The notes beneath the pieces were generated by a model. It searched no databases. It saw only the letters and a list, made by a program, of their open reading frames with translations, and was not told the origin of the DNA. A stretch of DNA of 63,251 bases, the filler included, from Octopus bimaculoides (taxonomy: Eukaryota): assembly GCF_001194135.2 (NCBI RefSeq). It is 7 parts of 6 records of this genome, joined end to end, with 100 filler letters (N's around TTAATTAATTAA, not from the genome) between each part and the next. Parts side by side here need not be neighbours in the genome. Positions count along the whole stretch, not along the records: positions 1 to 30,762 come from NC_068983.1; positions 30,863 to 33,710 come from NC_068988.1; positions 33,811 to 35,318 come from NC_069000.1; positions 35,419 to 58,902 come from NC_068983.1; 3 more parts are not named here. One strand, given 5' to 3'. Position numbers and translations under genes: made by a program. Shown piece by piece: positions 24,361-37,390 of this stretch (positions are counted from its first letter, which is position 1; every line of letters starts with the position of its first letter).

Positions 24361-25379
24361 AGAATGACTTAATTATGAACATTTCCATGGAAACACTATA
24401 CTCTGTTACATCTTATAGAGAAAAAAAATGTTTGTATCTCAATTCTTTTCCTGATACTAACCACCAATAGCCGGAATATTTCTTATTAGCCAAGGCAAGT
24501 TGAGTGATGTATATCCAGTTTTTAAATACATTGCAGTTTTATTGATGGAACTCTTTAAACCAGTATATTTTAAATTAAAAACAAAACAGAAAAGGAAATA
24601 CAATAAACCCTGTTTTAAATTACTTTGATACTATTATCACCTAATTCATCCTTTGCTTGTGCATCATTCCAGTATTCTAAACAATCTGTACTACTGTTGG
24701 CATTAGACCAATCTGTGTAAAATGTTGTTTACTATAAAGATCTTTACTCAGCAGTAATAGGTTTAAATACATTTCACAGTATCTTATTGTTTCCACATTC
24801 CATTTTTTTTATTCACCTTCAAATCACTTTTCCTTTCATTCTCAATATGAAATGGTTGTAGGGGTGAACTGAGTATAACTTCATAGTTGCAAGCTACATT
24901 TTGTTGCCAAGTTACTTCCTTAGCATTCATTCATTCATTCATTCAGTCATCCATCCATCCATCCATACTTTCTTCTTGTTTTGCTTCTCATCATCATTAC
25001 TGGCTTCTGAGTGGTGGATGGCAGAAATGGAAGAGCAATTGATTAACTGCCTTCCAATATTTAGATGCATTCTTTTTTTATGTTCTGATTTCAAATTCTA
25101 TCAAGATTGACTTTGCCTTTCATCCTTTTGGAGTGAATAAAATAATAACAATCAAATTCCAGGCTTGACTGTACCTTTTCTCAGGATTTGTAACCTTGTC
25201 CCTATGTTAGAAATAATTTATCAGTGAATTTAGTGTAAAATGGATATTTTTCCATTATTCTCATATGCTATTTGTTCTTTCAATTAACAAGGACAATTGA
25301 CCAAGTTAGCCAAATCAGGATGTAAAGCCCCTGATCATTTACCTATAAAATACCTAGTTAGTATCAAGTTACCATACTT

Positions 25380-25640
25380 CACATCCTTCTACAACAATTA
25401 AAACTTAACCCCTGTCCTTGGTGAAGACTATAAAACTACAATTAACATGGTTTATCAAAACACAATAACAGCTGTTAGTACCCATTTCAAGACTTTTAAG
25501 TATTTGATCTCTCTTCCTGCCTAAATATGTTAATTAATGGTGTCTCTGAGTGAGAAAGTAAAAAAGGTTACTTCTTTTTAATCCATTACAATCTATGAGG
25601 TTATTAGAGGAAGATGGATTTAAGGATTTGAAAGATATAT
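25380..25640 (+). mobile_element. Possible very old LINE reverse-transcriptase relic
   Basis: Fragments VLGEDYKTTINMVYQNT, INGVSE and LFNPLQ resemble RTE/CR1 RT regions; heavily decayed. Confidence 0.3.
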
Positions 25641-28339
25641 ATGTGTGTGTGTGTGTGTGTATTTCTTTAATATCAGAAAGCTATTTTGCTCAGAAGTAGA
25701 GTGCCAAGTTTTAAGACTTTGTCTTTCAGAGATCGTCTTTTCAATATTGACTCACACACAGTGTACATTATACAAACTAAAGGAAGGTTTTACAATGAAG
25801 TATTATTGGGTTGTGGTATACAGCTCAATTCTGTAACATTACTTTTTTTTTTCCTTATTTTTTTTCTTTAATGAAATTTTATTCATTCTCTGCTGTTAAT
25901 CCTGTTGTTTCTGTTGGCAGTTGGGTGTCATTTTGGACCCTAACAATGATCTAACTCCATATCTGGTTCCATAAAATAGTTGTTGGTACTTTATAATATT
26001 TCTGTAGGTTTGGAATTCATATGTTGACTCATTTTCAAGTTAACAAAGTTTTCCTAATCACAATTACTAATTAAACTGATTTCTATTCCTAACATCACAA
26101 TGACTGTGTGCCATGTTGACAGTGTTGGTATTTTCCTTCACCAGGTGTCATCACTTCTGCTCACTGTGACACCTGATATTCAAATCTTCCCAATACAAAT
26201 GTATTTATTTATTGAACTATTGATGAAATAAAGCAATTAAATGCCTTGAAAATATTTTGTTCTTAATATAAAATCTTTTCTTGTTAACACAAAGACAAAC
26301 TCTCAGTATGTTAAATCTTAGATATTCTATTGAACTCCTTGTTGTAAGTGTGTTTTATTCACTTAGATAGTATTGGTCTCACACCATGCTTTCATTTGTC
26401 TCTTCCTGAAAAGTTAGCAGCCACATCAACTACATGGTATCTTTAAATCAAAAGTTTTAAGACATTTGAAGATGTAAAATAATGAACTAATGCTTCACTT
26501 GAACATCTATCTTTCTATTCTGTGCTAGTGTGTCACTGAGGGTGTCTCTCTGCTCAGGTAGCTAGAAATAACAAGCAAACTTCCCCCAAATCATTCTAAA
26601 CCATCTTAAAAAATAAGGTAAGACACATTAATTAATGTAGTCCAGAGTACAATGTTATTTCTATAAAAAAAAAAAAAGAAACGGTCTTCACTGGTTATAG
26701 CTCTACTCAGGGCTGATTTATGACTAAACAACATCTGTGTTTGGTCTAGCAGAAGTGATTGATTGAGGTTGTCTTTGGATAACTTGCTTTTTGCTTGTAT
26801 GTCTCTTTCACCTATAATTGCCATTGATTCTAATGAGTTATCAAGCACAGGAAACTCAACCAACTAATTGCTTCAGACAGGTGACACATTTCACTTGCAA
26901 TATTATCTTTATGTTCTGGTATTAAAAAAAATATTCTGAGTATTAAACATTGATAAAGAATTAATTGAAAGGAAACTAACATATTATTTTGAGAAATATA
27001 GCAAAAGTGAATTCAAAGACCCAGTATTTCTAATATTTTGGAAGGATCATCATAGGTCGTTGAGGAAGTCTTAATAATTTGCCTACCCAGAGCATTTTCA
27101 TAAATTTGTCTTAACCATCCATGCTTGTTTTCAGACTTTTAGTTAGCCCTTGTTTCATATGTTTTGAGTAATGTAAAGCTGTCCTTTCATAAGGCTCACA
27201 GTACTCTGCTAGTTGAAATGAATTGGGAATGTGTATCATATATAATGTATGGATACAAGGGAAATATGACCTGTGTATCAGCAGTGATACAAAGGGCAGG
27301 CAAAAGGTTAAAAATAAAGGTGCCTAGTTACTACAGCAACTCTAATTAATCTAAACCTTTCAAACAAGTAGTTGTTTCATAAACCATGGGATATTTCTTC
27401 CTCATGAAACATGACTACAATCATACCTACATTAGATTCAGGTTCATAAAGAAAGGAAAATAGAAGTGATATTCAAGATTTTCCTAAACAAGTAATATGC
27501 TTGTTTTTATTGGAAATTGAAAACTGGGCTATGTATTAATGCATTTATGGGCTAGTGCCACATATGTATATATGATAAGTAGCCAACCAGCCCTATTTTC
27601 TGTGTGAAGAGAATAACATTTGCTTATAAACTATAGGTTAGTCAAATGGATCACGTGTGTCCGGCTGCTATTTCTTTTCGTTCTTGGACTCCCCAAGCTC
27701 GCATGTACTTCTTTGCCCCTCCTGTTTGTGTTTCACAGCGTTCAATACATACACACTTCACGTCTGGCTCTACAGCCTTTTTGCTTGTTTGTTTATTCAC
27801 CGTTTCGTTTTCCGTCCGCCACTACCCTCCACGAAAATAATTTAATTTGTGTTCGTGGGAAGAACCATTTCAACGATGTGTACTGCCTTAATTCTTCAAA
27901 ACGGTGGTGTTTTAATGGTGGCAGCTGATGAAGGAGATGTTTCTATGTGGCTTGCTTGTTTGTTGTACCTTGTTTATCATTTTGTCCATGTTCTTTTGCC
28001 ATGTCATGTACCCAATTATGTATCTATATGTACATGTAGATGAAGGTATGTNNNNNNNNNNNNNNNNNNNNNNNNNNNNNNNNNNNNNNNNNNNNNNNNN
28101 NNNNNNNNNNNNNNNNNNNNNNNNNNNNNNNNNNNNNNNNNNNNNNNNNNNNNNNNNNNNNNNNNNNNNNNNNNNNNNNNNNNNNNNNNNNNNNNNNNNN
28201 NNNNTATATATATATATATATATATATATGCAAATATGTGTGTGACAGAGGACTGAGATATGTGGTGCATTGCTGTACTCAAGAAGACTCACCCACTACA
28301 ACAGAATTGAATTGGGATCCTAAAATCAAAGTGCCATGT

Positions 28340-28475
28340 AAAAAGCATTGGTATGGGTGCTGGTGCCACATAAAAAGCACTGGTGATGCAGCCCCTGGCC
28401 TTACCAGTTCTTGTCTAGCCATCCAACTCATGCCAGCATGTAAAACAGACATTACATGTTGATGATGATGATGAT
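28340..28475 (+). mobile_element. RTE 3'-tail element
   Basis: gtgccacataaaaagcac...ccaactcatgccagcatg...gatgatgatg. Confidence 0.75.
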
Positions 28476-28779
28476 GTGTGTCGTAAAAAATGGTTAGAGG
28501 TTTTTGTACGTGTGTTGTATAAATAAAAAATGGATGAAAATGCACTAACATTTAGTGGAAGGAGGAGCTGGGAGGTATTTAGATAGAGAGTAGTAGGAGG
28601 AGAAAATAAATTTCAGGGTTAGGGATTATTAATGAGGCTTGTTATTGTATTAGAGGAGGAAGGGAAAGGGTGGTTTAGGTAGTATGTGAATGGTAACCTT
28701 TGTGTTAAGTTTGTATGAAGGCTATAGAGTTAACAATTGAGATAGTGAAAATGGGCATGGCTGTGTTATAATACCATGC

Positions 28780-29020
28780 TCCCACCAAGCAAGTGTATAT
28801 ATCAACAGTACTGTATATTTCAAGCGCCACTACTGTGCACACATGGGTTCTTTTTCCAATCCAAACTCTAAATTATCAACCTTCTTAATGTATATACACA
28901 ACCTTAAATCTCAAAATATTCCATATACCCTAGCCTGGTCCATAGTAAGCAAAACTCCCCATACAATGCAAACATCGGCAAGTGCAAGTTATGTTTAAAA
29001 GAATCATTAACCATTCTTTG
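28780..29020 (+). mobile_element. Penelope-like GIY-YIG C-terminal fragment
   Basis: FKRHYCAHMGSF...LKSQNIPYTLAWSIVSK...YNANIGKCKLCLKESLTIL; same endonuclease type as 9390-9620. Confidence 0.75.
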
Positions 29021-29122
29021 CCTCAGTAGTTAATAGATTCTCTGGTGTAATTTATTATTGTAAACACAGGTACTACTCATCTTTTATGTACTTTGCTAAA
29101 TCTATGTAATCCCATTAACTTT

Positions 29123-29262
29123 TGGCTGTGTGGAAAGTAGCTTGCTTACCAACCACATGGTTCCATGTTCAGTCTCACTGTATGGCATCTTGGGCAAGTG
29201 ACTTCTACTATAGCCAAAGCTTTGTGAGTGGATTTGGTATATGGAAACTGAAAGAAGCCTGT

Positions 29263-29310
<48 letters not shown>
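29123..29310 (+). mobile_element. SINE family A, 5' half
   Basis: ggctgtgtggaaagtagcttgcttaccaaccacatggttcc...gaaactgaaagaagcc. Confidence 0.85.
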
Positions 29311-29311
<1 letters not shown>

Positions 29312-29339
29312 CAAGGTTTTTAACTTTTAAATTCGTATA

Positions 29340-29863
29340 TGTCGGCCTTGACATTTCCTGTGTCCTTATGTTTGCGAGGGAGGGGGGTCAAACTCCTCCA
29401 CCCAGCCTAGCCTGCATTCAGGGACATGTTTCTGAGTCTTTGCTAGTCCAGGCTGATGACGAGCAAAGACTCAGNNNNNNNNNNNNNNNNNNNNNNNNNN
29501 NNNNNNNNNNNNNNNNNNNNNNNNNNNNNNNNNNNNNNNNNNNNNNNNNNNNNNNNNNNNNNNNNNNNNNNNNNNNNNNNNNNNNNNNNNNNNNNNNNNN
29601 NNNNNNNNNNNNNNNNNNNNNNNNNNNNNNNNNNNNNNNNNNNNNNNNNNNNNNNNNNNNNNNNNNNNNNNNNNNNNNNNNNNNNNNNNNNNNNNNNNNN
29701 NNNNNNNNNNNNNNNNNNNNNNNNNNNNNNNNNNNNNNNNNNNNNNNNNNNNNNNNNNNNNNNAAAGACTCAGAAACATGTCCCTGAATACAGGCTAGGC
29801 TGGGTGGAGGAGTTTGACTCCCCTTGCAAACATAAGGACACAGGAAATGTGTCAAGGCCGACA
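29340..29863. repeat. About 105-bp-arm inverted repeat (PLE pLTR-like fold-back) spanning a gap
   Basis: 29340-29444 is the reverse complement of 29764-29863 with few differences; aaagactcag appears on both sides of the gap. Confidence 0.85.
29449..29786 (+). ncRNA. Minimal type I hammerhead ribozyme, intact core (about 50 nt once the gap is closed)
   Basis: CAGG-CTGATGA-c-GAG caaaga CTC-a-GAAA-CATGT-C-CCTG; palindromic stem III ACATGT; GUC cleavage triplet. Confidence 0.65.
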
Positions 29864-30326
29864 GGAAGCGGTCCTGCTTCCTAGGGCTAAATAGCAGTAG
29901 TATATTCCCTTATTGGGACTGTCACGTTAAGTTGACAGTATACAACTACTTTATATATATATATATATATATTAGACAAAATGAGATAACAAAGCCAAGG
30001 CAGTGAGGGGTTTTCAGGACATTTATAAGGAAAGTGATATAGATATAACCTTACACCACAAAACCCTTTGAATGAGCAACACAATCCACGGCTCCATACT
30101 TTGAAATGACTAAACATGAACTACTATTGGAACTTACATACGATGTACAGGAAACTCTTTTACCACTTCTATACACCACTTTACTCGAATAATGGAATAA
30201 TAAAATATTTTATATTTTATTTCTACTTTCATTCTCTTATTTCCCTCTATATTCCCTATCTCCTTTTCCATAATATTTTCCTTATTTTGAACTCAAGTAT
30301 TTACCTCTATTTAATCATCTCACATC

Positions 30327-30374
30327 GTCTCTAATGAAGGGATATCCATAATATCCCAGAAACAGCTGTAAGAC
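30327..30374 (+). ncRNA. Minimal type I hammerhead ribozyme, one core mutation
   Basis: GTCT-CTAATGA-a-GGGATAT ccata ATATCCC-a-GAAA-CAGCTGT-A-AGAC; palindromic ACAGCTGT; GUA triplet. Confidence 0.7.
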
Positions 30375-30430
30375 TATATCTACATCTCTTTCCTTATAAA
30401 TGTCCTGAAAACTCCTCGCAGCTTTGGCTT

Positions 30431-30762
30431 TTACTCTTTTTTACTTGTTTCAGTCATTTGACTGCGGCCATGCTGGAGCACCACCTTTAGTCGAGTTAAT
30501 CGACCCCAGGATTTATTCTTTGTAAGCCTAGTACTTATTCTATCGGTCTCTTTTTGCCGAACCGCTAAGTTACGGGGACGTAAACACACCAGCATTGGTT
30601 GTCAAGTGATGGTGGGGGGACAAACACAGACACACAAACACATACATATATACATATATATACATATACATATATACGACGGGCTTCTTTCAGTTTCCGT
30701 CTACCAAATCCACTCACAAGGCTTTGGTCGGCCCGAGGCTATAGTAGAAGACACTTGCCAAA
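30431..30762 (-). mobile_element. SINE family A, young copy with CpGs retained
   Basis: Reverse complement of the family body at 32992-33335 and 39090-39300. Confidence 0.9.
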
Positions 30763-30862
30763 NNNNNNNNNNNNNNNNNNNNNNNNNNNNNNNNNNNNNN
30801 NNNNNNTTAATTAATTAANNNNNNNNNNNNNNNNNNNNNNNNNNNNNNNNNNNNNNNNNNNN
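30763..30862. other. Assembly linker N44-TTAATTAATTAA-N44; also with cores at 33755, 35363, 58947, 60834 and 61975
   Basis: Identical 100-nt block with a palindromic six-frame stop, repeated six times. Confidence 0.95.
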
Positions 30863-31782
30863 GTGCCCGGGTGTTGTGCCTCATCCCCATCGAAATATGG
30901 AGGAAAATACATTATTCATAAGCTCATGAGTATCCTAGGATCTGGTTCATCAAAATGGCACTACTCACATGAGATATTTTGTATCATTTACTTGTTTCAG
31001 TCATTAGACTACGGCACTCTACATCTGCTGTCAACTGGATGTCATGGCGATTTCGACACCTCCAACAGTATTGCTAGCTCCTTTGTGCGAGTAACTTTTT
31101 TTTCAAAAACGCTGTAAATGAAGTAGTAAAGACAAGACGACAACAAAGATACGAAGAACTGGATGAAATGAAACGCCTGACAGTGTCTATTTATTACCAA
31201 GAGACTTGTCAATGCGAAAGATAAAAATTTGCAAAGAATTACTCAGATCTCAGGGAACATAAAAGATACAAAGACATTCAGTTTTTTTGCGACTGAAACA
31301 AGCAAAACAAGGAAAGTTATGTGCATAGTATCAAAGATATCAAGCTGACAAGCTACACAGAAACGGTACGACTTAAGGTCTTTTAACTGAAATAAAATAA
31401 AATAAGTACGCGACGGTTGTAACATGCGCACAAAAGTAACGCTGGGCAAAGTAAACTATTCGGACAAATGGCCTTTGAAGAAAAAAACAAAAAAATTGGA
31501 GGAGTAACAGAGAATGAAGTGATTGTGACGTAATGCCAAATGGTAAATGCAAAAAAAAAATGGGAATATGCATGAGAGGAATTGGGATGACGGTAAAGCA
31601 GAATGGCATTCTGGGAAGATAGTTAGAGAGCAAGGAAGGAGAGCCAACGCAAGTAAGACAGCGAGAAAGAGAAAGAAAAACGAAGAGTAGAACAGATGGA
31701 GATAGGAGTAAGTGTTAGAAAGAGTGAGAGTGAGAGAGTGAGAGTGAGAGAGTGAGAGGTAGAGAGATGGAGAGTGAATGAC

Positions 31783-31784
<2 letters not shown>

Positions 31785-31862
<78 letters not shown>
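31785..31862. repeat. (GA)n microsatellite
   Basis: Direct reading. Confidence 0.95.
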
Positions 31863-31868
<6 letters not shown>

Positions 31869-32524
31869 AGGGAGATTCAGAGAAGGAGAGAGGTAGGAAT
31901 GTAGAGAAGAATAAGAGAAAAGAAAATAAGTCATAAGGAAAGATAGACAAAAAGATTGAGAAAGAAAAGGGGGGACAAAGTAGAGAGAGGGGGAGAGAAA
32001 GAGGGAGGGAGAAGGAGAAGACGAGAGGGAGAGAGAGGGTGAAAGGGAAAGAGAGAGTGAAAGGGGGGAGAGAGACGTCGTAGAGAGAAAAGATGAGTAA
32101 ATAGCGTCAATGTAGAAGTTAAACTAGGGCTTTAAAATCAACATCGAAGTAAAAACATGAGCAAAGAGCACATAAAAAACGTATAGACGAATATCTTTCG
32201 TTAATTATAATATTGTTTCATCACATCATACTATACACACAGTATTCTGCCTTTTGCTTATTTCAATTATTGACAACTTCTTATTCTTCTTGACCCTCCT
32301 TACTTTCTATAATGCGTCATTTCTTTGCATCATTTTCATTAAAATTACTTGCACCAATAGCCCTAGTAGTTCTGTCGTAGGTGCCGAAACCACAGTGACA
32401 ACAGCTAATGAAGAGAGTTCTCTGACGTTTTCCTCTGTCCTCTATACGTTTTGGTGTTCTTTTGTACATAGATTTTTAAAAACATACTTACATATGTATG
32501 TGTATGTGTGTGTGTGTGCATGGC

Positions 32525-32565
<41 letters not shown>

Positions 32566-32991
32566 NNNNNNNNNNNATATATATACATATATATATATAT
32601 ATATTTATATATACACTTAATATAAAATAATGTACATTTAAACAGAAGAGAAAACTGCCTTCGACAGGCAGTTTTTACACGCTAGAAGAAGTAGTCAAAA
32701 CAACCAAAACCACATTTAAGAGCAATCTTCAAATGGAATGAAAAATAAAAAAAACTTTTACCTTGTTATTTTATTCCGGTCAGACCTTGATTTCAAACTT
32801 TTTTTAGCAAATAAAATAATTTGCCAGGCGAATTTCTCATCAGTGACTGCGCCATAACACTAACATATAATTCAGAGACGAATAACACGTGTCTCATCGT
32901 TATACAATACATTATAATTTTTCAAATTCACCGCGCAAGCGCAGTTTCAGTCGGCAGTAAATGAATAAATGCCGAACTAATCTTTCTACAT

Positions 32992-33386
<395 letters not shown>

Positions 33387-33592
33387 GCATACATACATAT
33401 AAATATACATGCATCAATATACATATATCTGTGTATGTATACATATAAGCATACACGCATGCACACGTACACACAAGCATACATACCTACATACTAACAT
33501 ACATACGTACGTACATACATATTAATGCTTGTACGTGTGTTCATCTTAATATTTGTAATTCTATACTTTCAGACATATATACAAACAGATAA

Positions 33593-33643
<51 letters not shown>

Positions 33644-33810
33644 GATATATAGATTGATTGATTGACAACCACAAAGAGAGACTTCTTAAAAGCGATGCCG
33701 TATATATATANNNNNNNNNNNNNNNNNNNNNNNNNNNNNNNNNNNNNNNNNNNNTTAATTAATTAANNNNNNNNNNNNNNNNNNNNNNNNNNNNNNNNNN
33801 NNNNNNNNNN

Positions 33811-35318
33811 ATTCGTTCTTCTACTTATTTATGGCATTTTGTATTTCGGAGTTTTTGTGGATTTTAGGCAATCCGTAAAAATTGCTCTATTTGATAACAG
33901 AGTTGCATATATACTCTTTTTCTTTGTCAGTGAAAGAATCTTGGAATTCACTGATTAGCCTTCTGATTTTATTTATTATTGTTTTTTCTGAGTGCCTTGG
34001 TTCTTCCTTGTAGTAGGTTTCGTTTGTTAACATTTCCAATATTTTGTCTTTATAATAATCCTTGTCCATGATAACTATTGCCCCTCCCTTGTCGGCTTCT
34101 TTTAGGATGATTGTTGTCATTCTTCAGTGTTCGTAAGGCTTTCTTTTCTTTTTCACAAAGGTTTTGTTTACATCTCTGGGTATTTAGGGGAAATTTTGAA
34201 ATTGTGTCTATATACGCATCCAAATATTTGTCCTTTCCCTTGTAAGGAGTGAAGTGGGGTTTCTAAGTCTTTCTCATTGAAGAATTCTAAAAGTCGGAGG
34301 TGACGGTTGAAGTGTTCAATATCAGATTTCAGTTCAATGAGGTTGGGCGTGGGTGTCGGGGTAAACTTTAGACCTTTTAATAGGAGGTTGATCTCATCGT
34401 TGTTGAGGTTCCGATTTGATAAATTTATGATTTTCGGGTTTATATGTTGTGTGTGGTTAATTAACTCTGGTGTATTATCGGGTCCAGTGCGTGGTTTTGG
34501 TATTTCCTCCCTAAAAAAGGAATTGTGTTTCCACGTCTTCGTTGTCTTGTCTGGGTGTTCTGATTTCCATGTAGGTAAGAGGATGGTTCGTGTCTTTTAT
34601 ACCAATTCCGTTGGGTAAAAGTTTCGTTTTTTTTCTTCCCATCTTTCACGCTTTTTTCTCCCCATTCAGGATATATGGGAATTTTGGTTGTAAATCTTGT
34701 GTTTCTTGAATTGTCATGATTATTGTTCCTATTATAGTATCTGTGTTGTCTGTATTTTATTTGTTTTTCGTCCCATGTATTCATCCATCTGGGGTACATG
34801 TTATTACGAGTTGGTGGTTGTCTGTATGTTATTTGTCTTTCATGTCTGTTTTCCTTTTCATTTATCCATCTATGGTGTTTGGACGTATGGGTTGATGACT
34901 GTCTTCTATATTTCATTTGTTGGTTAATTGTAGCGTTATGTATTGTTGGGTATGGTTTTCTAGTTCGTACTTCGGGTGAGATAGAGGTCATTTCCGCGTA
35001 TGTTTTTGGGTAATTAGAGGTTCGGTATCTCATTTCGATTCTTCTAGGGTTAGTGTCCATATTTGTTTTCGATTTCTTCGTATTTCTTTGTTGTTGCGGT
35101 TTCGTTTTCATAATGGATTTATCTGCATAGTTTTTTTCATAGTTAGTGAACCACTCTTGTTGTTTTTCCCACATTTTTATGGATTTCTCTTCTTCCCGCT
35201 TTGTGTCTTCTTTCCATAGTTTTTGCAGTTTTTCATGATATTGATTGTTGCTTTGTTCAGCAATTTCAGCAAACATAATTGCGTCAATATTCTTCACTTT
35301 TTCTTCGTGTCTCACTTT
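33811..35318 (-). mobile_element. Penelope-like element, N-terminal and RT-proximal part
   Basis: LLLKGLKFTPTPTPN and ILKEADKGGAIVIMDKDYY motifs; 284-aa upstream ORF; bounded by assembly linkers on both sides. Confidence 0.85.
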
Positions 35319-36283
35319 NNNNNNNNNNNNNNNNNNNNNNNNNNNNNNNNNNNNNNNNNNNNTTAATTAATTAANNNNNNNNNNNNNNNNNNNNNNNNNN
35401 NNNNNNNNNNNNNNNNNNTATATATATATATATATATATATATACATACATATACACGCATACGTCCACATACTCGGTCATAATGTCTTACGTTTAAGAT
35501 GATTCCCATGCTTTTCCTGATGAGAAGGTTACAATTTTAATATCACAGATGTGATATGTGTGTGTGTGTGTAAGAAGAAGAGCGTGTGAGAGAGAGTTCC
35601 ATAATTAAATCAACAGAAAAAAGGTGTTTCGCCTTTCAACTTTACCCTATAGCAAATGTCGGGAAAAAGGTGTTTGATTAAAACATTTATATATGGAAAT
35701 AGCGTAGTGCGAAACTTGGTTTTCATATATATACGCTTGCAAATGTACACATGGAAGCATACACGTGGTCACTGATTCTTACACACCACAAACAAACATA
35801 GATTTACGCACACGTACATATATAAGCAACGTGCGCACAAATACATATATTCAAAATATGCATTCACACACACTTACACACATACATATATATACACACA
35901 CACATATACACACATATATAATACCTATACATATTTATATAGGTGCGTGCGTGTTTATATACGGAGATTCATATATATATATATATATATACACACACTT
36001 ACACACACACACACACACACACACACANNNNNNNNNNNNNNNNNNNNNNNNNNNNNNNNNNNNNNTATATATATGACAGCAAACTTTACCCGTTTTTCAA
36101 GTAAGATGATTTCCATTGGCATTCGAAATTGCAGAGCTACAGGATGTAGTATTTACAAGGAAAATATACGTCGTTTAACAGTTATTCTAAACTGCTTCTA
36201 TCCGCTGATGCGCAATAGAAACCTCAGGTATACGCACTTACATGCATACATACATTCACACAGACTCATACATATGTACGTAC

Positions 36284-36369
<86 letters not shown>

Positions 36370-36448
36370 ATGTGAGTGTACATATGTGGTGTGTTTGTGT
36401 TTGCAGATAGATAGACAGACAGACAGACAACAGACAGGTAGATAGATC

Positions 36449-36492
<44 letters not shown>

Positions 36493-37029
36493 CATACATA
36501 CATACATACATACATACATACATACATACATACATAGCTGCAACCTGATTTTGAGTAATGCCATTACTTGATTGTTCTCTTAAACTTGAATTGCACGAAT
36601 GTAAGTTTTCCAGTCATGCTATTGGCCTTCACTTTTTGTACAGATGTGGCACTGACGAGCGTCTCTTACAGACATATGCTCTGTTCACTTGTATGAATTG
36701 GATGGACGCATATTTGAAGCAGTACTCTTACAACCGGTGACACTTCCTGACAGCAAACTTTACCCGTTTTTCAAGTAAGATGATTTCCATTGGCTTTCGA
36801 AATTGCAGAGCTACAGGATGTAATGTTTACAAGGAAAATATATGTCGTTTAACAGTTATTCTAAACTGCTTCTATCCGCTGATGCGCAATAGAAACCTCA
36901 GGTATACGCACTTACATGCATACATACATTCACATAGACTCATACATATGTACGTACATACATATATACATACAAGCAGGAACCTAAGGAAATAAATAGA
37001 GAGAGAATAAAAAGAACTTTTGGAGGGAT

Positions 37030-37390
37030 TCTTACCAACGACAGTGCACCTCGTCCCCGACTTCTTACTTGTGAGTTTCTCACCAAAAGCAACACGGTAT
37101 CACTAGCGCACCTGCCTTATTCGCCAGATTTTGTACTTGTAGACATTCATTTCTTCCCCAAGATGAAAAAGCAGCTCAAAGGTCACCGTTTTAACACTAC
37201 TGTCGAAATCCAGGGCGAATCGCAAAAGATCCTCGGCACACTTACGGAAAACAACTTACAGGACGGATTCCAAAAGTGGCACAAACCCTGGGACCGGTAA
37301 TATGGCTGCGCATGTTGACTATTTCGAAGGAGAGGATGTTAAAAATTAGGTAAAGAAGTTACTTAACATAAATTTTGATACCGACTCGTA
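37030..37390 (+). mobile_element. Mariner transposase C-terminal relic
   Basis: HLPYSPDFVLVDIHFFPKMKKQLKGHRF...FQKW...DYFEG (YSPDL motif); ends at TA. Confidence 0.88.

Noticed and set aside
26142-26175. CAGGTGTCA/TGACACCTG hairpin
   Set aside because: A 9-bp stem only; too short for a pre-miRNA and no other support.
26960-27070. ELIERKLTYY...DPVFLIFWKDH resembling a hAT dimerisation domain
   Set aside because: The downstream conserved S...ER.FS motif is not found; a single weak motif.
27924-27945. CTGATGAAGG here and CTGATGAGA at about 35517 as hammerhead cores
   Set aside because: No closing stem II with GAAA and no stem I/III.
31090-31290. Protein-like frame AVNEVVKTRRQQRYEELDEMKRL...
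   Set aside because: No recognisable motif, interrupted by stops, and on a small contig next to a linker.
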